From assembly GCA_965203295.1 (NCBI GenBank), contig CBDBCZ010000016.1, positions 1,280,001-1,344,000 on the forward strand: a DNA stretch of 64,000 bases. The letters are read 5' to 3'. This stretch comes from Nitrospirales bacterium. GTDB taxonomy: Bacteria; Nitrospirota; Nitrospiria; Nitrospirales; UBA8639. Shown one piece after another: positions 36,600 to 64,000 of this stretch (position 1 is the first letter of the stretch; each line of letters begins with the position of its first letter). The notes under the pieces are model-generated. The model was not told the DNA's origin and searched no databases. It saw only the letters and a list, made by a program, of their open reading frames with translations. A program made the translations under genes and the position numbers.

Positions 36600-38453
36600 A
36601 TGGATAAAATTTACTTCATTGTTGTAGCAGCAATTCTATACCTTCTAAGAAGTCTGGTAGTCGTGGAGTGTGATACTACCCAGTGTACCAGCAAGGAGAG
36701 CTGCAACTTTGGAATTACAACCAATCAAGTGCCTAGTGAAGTGGACAGGAACACCAGTTGCGAGAACACCTGGTTCTTCCCAGCCCCCGATGATGACCAT
36801 ACCTGTGAGTGTGGTAGTACTGTAGGGAATAAAGTGAGATGCAACAATGCAACCAAGAAAGTGGATATTCTTGACTGCTACTGCATGACATACAGCGAGG
36901 ACGACCACTCAACAGTGCTTGGACAGTGTGCATATGGTTGTAGTCAGAAATCCAGTTATTACTCTCTCCCATCCAATATTTCTCAGCTGAATGAAGAGGT
37001 CTGTGGATGGCTTAATCGTGATGGTCAATTATGTGGTAGATGCAAAGACAGTTTTGCACCAGCAGTATACTCCTACAGCTTAAGTTGTGTAGAGTGCAAG
37101 GATTATCATTATAATTGGGTGAAGTATGCAGTGATTTCATTATTACCCCTAACTGTGTTCTTTTTTGTTATCGCACTTACTAGGATTAAATTACTTTCAG
37201 GTGCATGGTCAGGTTACATTTTGATTAGTCAAATACTGTCAACACCTCTTCTCATGCGTGTATATCAGCTACATCACAACACATTCCACTTCACTCTAGG
37301 TATTCTTAGTGTACCTTATGGTGTCTCAAATCTCGATTTTTTTCGTCTTTTATACCCACCATTTTGCCTACATCCTCACATGTCCACCATCCAAGCTTTA
37401 GCACTGGACTACATCACAGCTGTTTATCCCCTGACACTAATTGTAATCACTTATTTTCTGGTTGTACTGTACGACAACAATGTAAGAATAATTAGGTGGC
37501 TATGGAAGCCCTTTCGTTACTGCTCTATTCGTTTTAGAAGGAACTGGAACATCAAAAGTTCGTTAGTCGATTCTTTTGCTACCTTCATTATTTTATCCTA
37601 CATCAAATTTTTGGATGTATCTATCAATCTTTTGATTCCCGTTCGTCTTTTTAATATTCATGGGAAGTCAGTCGGGCTGTATCTTTTTTATGATGCCACA
37701 GTTAAATATTTCAGCAAACAGCACCTTCCATATGCATTCCTGGCCCTTGGAGTATTCCTGACTTTTAATGTTTTCCCAGCCATACTGTTGAGCTTGTATC
37801 CCTGTCAATGTTTTCAGAAATGCTTGAATCGCTGCAGGCTTAGTAACTGTCAGGCACTGCATATATTCATGGATGCCTTTCAAGGTTGCTACAAGGATGG
37901 AACAAATGATACAAAAGATTGTAGGTGGTATGCAGCAGTGTACTTGTGGGCTCGAATTGCATTATTCATTGTGAGTGCAGTAGCTCTTTCAGATTTATGG
38001 TTACCTTTTGTAGCATTTGTTCTCCTCATTATGCTGATTCTAGTTACTGTATTCCATCCCTACAAGTCTCCTACTTTCAACACTGTTGAAACTATCTTAT
38101 TTTTTGTAATGGCTTTCATACTTGTATCAGCCATGGCACATGTTATATCGGATTATATAGTCCATCACTTCCAGAAAATGTTGGATGTAATTGGTAGCAT
38201 TTTCGCGATTGTTCCATTCATATATGTACTGGCAGTCTTGCTGTACAGGCTGCTATTCCAAAGCCACTGTGTGCAAAGTGTCTACCAAAAGGTCAAGCCT
38301 TGGCTACTATGCTACTGCAAAGATTCAATTACTCACGCAGACTCACAAGAGTCATTGCCAGACAGAATAGCTTACGACCATCCTGAAGAGAACACAGCCC
38401 TACTACCTGTGCCAGTGCAATGGGATAGCGATTCTGAGGCTACTAATTATTAA
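36600..38453 (+). CDS. Cys-rich ectodomain multi-pass membrane protein, paralogue 5 (617 aa, single coding exon)
   Basis: Uninterrupted ORF with the same motifs; closer to paralogues 1 and 2 than to 3 and 4; convergent with the true 3' end of TUBGCP4. Confidence 0.9.
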   Translation: MDKIYFIVVAAILYLLRSLVVVECDTTQCTSKESCNFGITTNQVPSEVDRNTSCENTWFFPAPDDDHTCECGSTVGNKVRCNNATKKVDILDCYCMTYSEDDHSTVLGQCAYGCSQKSSYYSLPSNISQLNEEVCGWLNRDGQLCGRCKDSFAPAVYSYSLSCVECKDYHYNWVKYAVISLLPLTVFFFVIALTRIKLLSGAWSGYILISQILSTPLLMRVYQLHHNTFHFTLGILSVPYGVSNLDFFRLLYPPFCLHPHMSTIQALALDYITAVYPLTLIVITYFLVVLYDNNVRIIRWLWKPFRYCSIRFRRNWNIKSSLVDSFATFIILSYIKFLDVSINLLIPVRLFNIHGKSVGLYLFYDATVKYFSKQHLPYAFLALGVFLTFNVFPAILLSLYPCQCFQKCLNRCRLSNCQALHIFMDAFQGCYKDGTNDTKDCRWYAAVYLWARIALFIVSAVALSDLWLPFVAFVLLIMLILVTVFHPYKSPTFNTVETILFFVMAFILVSAMAHVISDYIVHHFQKMLDVIGSIFAIVPFIYVLAVLLYRLLFQSHCVQSVYQKVKPWLLCYCKDSITHADSQESLPDRIAYDHPEENTALLPVPVQWDSDSEATNY

Positions 38454-39562
38454 CTTGGACAGAGGCTGAAAGAACAAGATAACAATGTATACAGGAGCCT
38501 TAAAGCTCATTGTGATTGCATACTTGAATGTGTTTACATACACATAGTATTAGGTACTGTATATGGTACTGTCTTGATGGCTATAATGTACAATGTCATG
38601 CTATTTCTGTTTCCATTATCATTGAATGTAATAAAGTAACTGTGGATTAGCTACGGTATTGCTTCTGGCTAGACTGTGTTATTGTAACGGTAAGGGGAGA
38701 GGCTATATAGTTGGAATGCAATTGGTGTGGTCCATCAGACTGGGAGTATGAGCTATATATATACAGGGATTTGGAGGAGTTATACCCAACTCCCCAGCTG
38801 ATTCTGTAGTTTATTTTGCAAACTGCTGTTACTACATATGTACATTTGTCATAATACGACATGTTTCTCTGTACTATTAGCACATAACTAATGTGCACAT
38901 GTAATTACAATACACTTTAAGTACACTTGCTTAAAACTGCAACTGATAATAGCTGGGTTTAAGTAATCCTTTTATTTTTACAGTGTATATACATGTAGAT
39001 GATATATGGGCATACACAGTAGAAGCTAGGGCAAAACTGTTATCTAATTTACCGATGATTGCCTAGCCTAGTTCCCAGTCTCCACTGGCAGCTCTATTTT
39101 GCGTGTTGGGAAAAGGTGGCGGTGGAGACTGGGAACGAGGCAAGGAATAATCACCCATGTGTTTTCAATTTACTGTACAGGTATGCATTAATGTATATTT
39201 CATGCGATTAGTGTTCAGTACCCTGATGACAAACTAACATGGCAACCACAACTGCATTGTAAATCCCTTCTAAACCTTAAATGCATTCCTCAACAGCTTG
39301 CCACCAACAATAACCAATGTCAACAATCATACCTCAACCTAATTAACATGCCTAAGTATTGAATCATTGCTCAGGGATTCCCCTAGTCTCACAAGCCAGG
39401 CCCCTTTACAGACAGGGACTGGCACATGAGACTGTGACTCTGTACATAGTTATTCCATCTATCTTTAGCCAGCACTCACCATCCAATTTAAAGTGAGAAT
39501 CCACTCATTGGCAACTTTCAGTTTTAAGAAAAGGAATATAATTATGTATAAAGTCAATGGAG

Positions 39563-58817
<19,255 letters not shown>

Positions 58818-58922
58818 CCTTTTATTACAGCCCGCCTTCGCCTTCGTATGATACAAAGGGTTAAACTGGTTTATTGTAAACAAAATCAAGTTAACCCTTT
58901 TTGATAGCGCGTGTGTTGCGCA
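58818..58922. promoter_or_regulatory. Putative bidirectional promoter shared by TUBGCP4 and ALG8
   Basis: Only 105 bp separate the divergent ATGs at 58817 (-) and 58923 (+). Confidence 0.7.
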
Positions 58923-61900
58923 ATGGCCACTTCTGCAGGAGTGCCGCTGTTGGTGTTCACTCTGGCTACTTTCGTCAAGATCCTGCTCGTCCCCGCCTAG
59001 TAAGCGGCTGGGACTGCCGATACTGCAGCTACAGGAACATTCCTGAGAAATGTTGCATGCTTTCTACACGAAATTAATAGGCTATAAATTATTCATTTTG
59101 TTGCTCAAGTTCTTTTCATCTTTTTTTTTTCCAGTAGGTCTACAGACTTTGAGGTACACAGAAATTGGCTGGCCATCACACACACATTGCCCATTTCGAG
59201 ATGGTACTATGAGGTAAGTACATCTCACCGTATTGCCTCGTTGCATTTTTCTTGTCTGCCGCATATGACTCTCTCCCCTCTCTTCTCCCTCCCCCTCCCC
59301 TCCCCCTCCCCTCCCTTCCCTTCCCCTCCCCTCCCCTCCCCTCCCCCTCCTCCTCCCCTCCCCTCCCCTCCCCTCCCCTCCCCTCCCCCTCCCCTCCCCT
59401 CCCCTCCCCTCCCCTCCCCTCCCCTCCCCCAGGACACCTCTGAGTGGACACTAGACTACCCTCCTCTCTTTGCATGGTTCGAGTACCTCCTCTCCTCCAT
59501 TGCTGCTCTGGTGGACCCAGCGATCGTGACACTCCACAACCTCAACTATGAGGCTCACTCCTGCGTGCTGTTCCAGAGGTTCTCAGTCATCGCCAGCGAC
59601 CTTGTCCTGCTCTACGCAGTCCAACAGTGAGTGTGGCTGTTGAATACCATAGTTCCATTGCTTTAGCATATCTTTTGTGTCATCAGCTTCAGACAGTCAA
59701 CAGAGAGCCAGAAACAGTAACTGATTATTCCGCGCTGCATATATACGAGCAGGGCTAGGCAATTGGCTTCTTACCTCCCGTGTGTATGTGCAAGTGGGGT
59801 TAAGCAATTGGTTCTGTCTGTCTGTCGTTGTTGTCGTCGTTGCCTGTCATAAAAATTTTTGAAAAAACTTCATAGCGTGCAATTTAGAGGCTATAACAAC
59901 TTCAAAGCAGGAGGTAAAGATTCAAAAAATTGACGTGAGCGTACTTGACAGTGACCAAAGCACTTCTAGTCTCTGCATGTCCAGCGCTTTCTTATTCAAC
60001 ATCGGTAAGGTCTGCCATTTAATACGGTCAAGAACTTGAACACGACAGAGGCCGGGCATACACAGTCTCTTTCATACTAAAGTATACGTAGACAAGTGTC
60101 CGTGTCATTACTACAGCAATCAGTCACGCCCACAGCTTGGGTACGGCATTACACTAGCATGGTGTATGTGTCTTTCATGCTGATTAGTCCTGTCTCCAGA
60201 GTCCAGGAGAATGGGGTATGATGTCTCTACTAGAGACTTCTAGTTTAAGCATCTGTCGTTCTGATCAAAATAATAGTTTTCTGTGTCGTGTTCATGTGTA
60301 ATATGTAATGGTCCTAATTAATGCTCAATCATGCGCAATAGCCAACCTCTGTAACCTGTATTGTTTAACTGAATCAGAGTAGCTCAATTGTGTTTCGTGA
60401 ATAATTAATGTTGCGACTTTGTGGGGCGAGCCTTTGTGAGAACTGACTGGCTTTATGAAAACCCCTTGGATCTAAGAAAAAGTGGTGGTTCTTACAGGAG
60501 GTGATTCTGCAGTAATGACCCTGGAAACGGTCTTTCTTCTTTCATATATACAATGTAGATCATACATGTATTCCTCACTTGAAAACCCAGTTTGGGTCGA
60601 AAACGTTTATGCAAGTACCGTTTAATCGACTCATCAGAACTACCACCCATGTTGCAAATTCTACGTTGCTTCCAGTAGCTTTTTTTGCAAAGGGAGATTG
60701 CTGTTGTAGTTTGGACCACCCCCTTCCCCCGCCCATTTCATTAAAATATTAGCATTGCATGCAGAGGTCACATCTTTGAACTCATTGTAGCGGCACACCT
60801 GTATACAGGCACATTTACTATAATTAGTTTACGCAAAGTTCCTATTTATAGGTTAACATAGACACGCATACATGAATTGGCCCTTGGCGAAGGGAAACTC
60901 CCTCCCTACGCCCATACAGTCATTTGGCCACACCTTTGTAATGTAACTGTACCAAAATTAGACAAATTTTTGTATCATGCAGGGCAAAATTGGCAGGCAA
61001 TTAAAGATCGCTAACTATTAAAGGCTATAGCTACACTGCTACACAGTTAACCGGGCACTACAGTCACTGTCTGTGATAGCGTTTAGTGTTTCTTGAAAAC
61101 TATGACCTGCAAAGTGGAACAAGAACTAGTACATGTTACCAACGATTTGTCAACAATACCACATGGGTCTGGGATTATCTTGCCTGAAGTGCTCTCCTCT
61201 AATGCATTCACCAGCCACCTAGACTAAACTACTTAGTGGGCATACAGCTGCACAGATGCACTAGCAAAGCCCACTGTAGCCTCCAACGCAGGCCAGAGCT
61301 ACCCTGACTAGACTGTACAGCTACAGTAGTGTGCAGAATGGCAAGGTACATACTAGTGTTGTTTGAAACCAAAACAAAAATTGTTTTGGTAGAAGCAAAA
61401 AACAAAACTTATACTTGGTAACCTACATGTATGTGCCCAGGCCTCCTGCCCAATTCGCAACCATAGAGTAAACTTGGGCTACATACTGTAAGCCTATAGC
61501 AGGTACCCGTACGTATTCACACTGAGGCCTTTAAGTGGGCACACATACACATCTTCAGGACTGGGCTTATAACTCAGTTCAGGGTGGGCTCGTGCTCAGG
61601 GGTGGGCCTATACTTAGTCTCATGGCTTCTTCCCCTCACTGAAATGGTCTGGTCCAGAGTAAAGCTTGTTTCAGCCGCTCATACTCCGGGCAGTGCCAAT
61701 GATTTTGTGAGCCTAAGAATTCCATTCAGGCCGTGGAGATAATGGCATCGTTTGATTTTGGCAAGTATTAGCAGTGGTTTGATGTAGCTAGTGATTGATA
61801 CATACTGCTCTTCGTGCTGCTTGGCGAGATCAGGGCTACGAAAAGAATTAAAGCAGATTGTTTATTTCATCACTCCTTTGACCAATCAGGACAAGTATTC

Positions 61901-64000
61901 AATCAACCTTGTTAACCTTTAATCAGAGAACCTACTGGAATTGCATTACCTTATTTGAGATGTACTGGATACCTGTGTTGCAGCACCAGTTGTACTGGCT
62001 CCAAGCATACCCCCTTCCCCCCCCCCCTCCCTGAGGCCAGTCCTGCATGTAGTTGTGCATACTGTTGCTACAACATTACTACAGTATGTTGAGTGACAGG
62101 GGTACAAATTCACTTCTTTCAATAAGTGCATCCTTGGATTAGGGTCATGCACCCCCGAGTATGAGCCCACCCCCGAGTGTGAGCCCACCCCTGAGTATGA
62201 ACCCACCCCTGAGTATGAGCCCACCCCCGAGTATGAGTCCACCTCTGAGTATGAGCCCACCCCTGAGTATGAGCCCACCCCTGAGTATGAACCCACCCCT
62301 GAGTATGAGCCCACCCCTGAGTATGAGCTGAGTATGAGCCCACCCCTGAGTACATGTATGAGCTCATCCCTGAGTATGAGCCCACCCCTGAGTATGAGCC
62401 CATCCTCTGAGTATGAGCCCACCCCTGAGTATGAGCCCATCCTCTGAGTATGAGCCCACCCCTGAGTATGAGCCCACCCCTGAGTATGAGCCCACCTCTC
62501 TGAGTATGAGCCCACCCCTGAGTATGAGCCCACCCCTGAGTATGAGCCCACCCCTGAGTACATGTATGAGCCCACTGAGAGTATGAGCCCACCCCTGAGT
62601 ATGAGCCCATCCTCTGAGTATGAGCCCACCCCTGAGTATGAGCCCACCCCTGAGTATGAGCCCACCCCTGAGTATGAGCCCACCCCTGAGTATGAGCCCA
62701 TCCTCTGAGTATGAGCCCATCCCTGAGTATGAGCCCACCTCTCTGAGTATGAGCCCACCCCTGAGTATGAGCCCATCCTCTGAGTATGAGCCCACCCCTG
62801 AGTATGAGCCCACCCCTGAGTATGAGCCCACCTCTCTGAGTATGAGCCCACTCCTGAGTATGAGCCCACCCCTGAGTATGAGCCCACCCCTGAGTATGAG
62901 CCCACCTCTCTGAGTATGAGCCCACCCCTGAGTATGAGCCCACCCCTGAGTACATGTATGAGCCCACTGAGAGTATGAGCCCACCCCTGAGTATGAGCCC
63001 ATCCTCTGAGTATGAGCCCACCCCTGAGTATGAGCCCACCCCTGAGTATGAGCCCACCTCTCTGAGTATGAGCCCACCCCTGAGTATGAGCCCACCCCTG
63101 AGTATGAGCCCATCCCTGAGTATGAGCCCACCCCTGAGTACATGTATGAGCCCACTGAGAGTATGAGCCCACCTCTCTGAGTATGAGCCCACCTCTGAGT
63201 ATGAGCCCACTGAGAGTATGAGCCCACCTATCAGCTAGTCTCAAGCCCACACTGTGGCTCCTCTCCCACACCGTAGCATATTGCCTTACCACAATCTCAC
63301 TTTGCATATACTCCTGCATAAAGAAGGTAACTATCGACTAGAAAGTAGCTACAATACTGTACAGAATAGCAACATGCTATTGTAGAGACTACATATGCTG
63401 CTCCTTCACCATAAAGACTGGGCTTGGTTTGGGAATGAGACTGGACTGGGAATGAGACTGGACTGGGAATGAGACTGTACTTGGAATGAGACTGTACTGG
63501 GAATGAGACTGGACTGGGAATGAGACTGGACTGGGAATGAGACTGTACTTGGAATGAGACTGTACTGGGAATGAGACTGTACTTGGAATGAGACTGGACT
63601 GGGAATGAGACTGTACTGGGAATGAGACTGTACTTGGAATGAGACTGTACTGGGAATGAGACTGGACTTGGAATGAGACTGGGCAGACACTGAATGCTAT
63701 ACAGTAGAACCCCTCTATTGTGGACACCTTGGGGACCTGGTAAAGTGTCCTGTATAGAGAGGTGTCCTCACTTCAGGGGTAAATTTGTATTAAGAAAGCA
63801 TGTTTGGGACACAGCAAAGTGTCCTTAATACAGAAGTGCCCCTTATTTCAGGGGTGTCCTTTAAGAGGGGTTCCACTGTAGTGTTCCACGATCTTCCCTC
63901 TGCCGCAGGTACTGTCGCTACCAAGAGAGCCGGTCGTCTGACGTCTTGCTGGCCTCCAGGAAGACCCTCGTCCTCTCCGTACTCCTGCTGCTGAACTACG
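58923..64000 (+). CDS. ALG8: Dolichyl-P-Glc alpha-1,3-glucosyltransferase ALG8, 5' part (continues beyond the window)
   Basis: Exons 58923-58999, 59135-59213, 59433-59626, 63909-64000+ splice in frame: [52 protein letters not shown]...LFQRFSVI...LSVLLLLNYG, which matches the ALG8 N-terminus. Confidence 0.95.
59283..59430. repeat. (CCCCT)n repeat forming the polypyrimidine tract of ALG8 intron 2
   Basis: Pentamer run ending at the AG acceptor (59431-59432). Confidence 0.9.
62150..63230. repeat. ~18-bp minisatellite (GAGTATGAGCCCACCCCT) in ALG8 intron 3
   Basis: About 1.1 kb of tandem units with 19- and 20-bp variants. Confidence 0.95.
63416..63683. repeat. 17-bp minisatellite (GGGAATGAGACTGKACT)
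   Basis: About 15 tandem units. Confidence 0.93.
63702..63878. mobile_element. Tc1/mariner-pogo-type MITE with TA target duplication
   Basis: TA|CAGTAGAACCCCTCT...AGAGGGGTTCCACTG|TA, with internal GTGTCCT repeats. Confidence 0.78.

Noticed and set aside
59176..59630. Pro-rich and Gly/Arg-rich ORFs
   Set aside because: They derive from the intronic (CCCCT)n repeat; only 59135-59213 and 59433-59626 are ALG8 exons.
61946..63319. Long ORFs (457, 363 and 287 aa) on the minus strand
   Set aside because: They are translations of the 18-bp minisatellite inside an ALG8 intron.
62150..63683. CRISPR-like array
   Set aside because: Units are contiguous with no unique spacers, no cas genes are present, and the context is eukaryotic.

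Overview
Eukaryotic, intron-containing animal DNA; a demosponge is my inference from the gene families and repeat landscape. The left two-thirds is a tandem array of five single-exon paralogues of a ~610-aa protein with a signal peptide, Cys-rich ectodomain and multiple TM helices (two intact, two frameshifted, one interrupted), interleaved with orphan copies of the last exons of the neighbouring TUBGCP4 gene. The fourth paralogue is split by the most striking feature: an 8,869-bp transposon (22662-31530) that is almost entirely one palindrome, with two 4,363-bp inverted arms around a 143-bp spacer, TAC...GTA ends and a 6-bp target-site duplication. Each arm carries an intact-looking 11-exon IS3/IS481-type DDE transposase (IS3EU-like) and a 6-exon accessory gene. 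The right part holds the complete 16-exon TUBGCP4 (minus strand), whose ~9.4-kb intron 8 hosts a kinase/coiled-coil/Kelch gene and a decayed RLE-type non-LTR retrotransposon inserted in a (GA)n microsatellite. ALG8 lies head-to-head with TUBGCP4 (105 bp between ATGs) and runs off the window end. All gene models were built by eye; no database searches were run.
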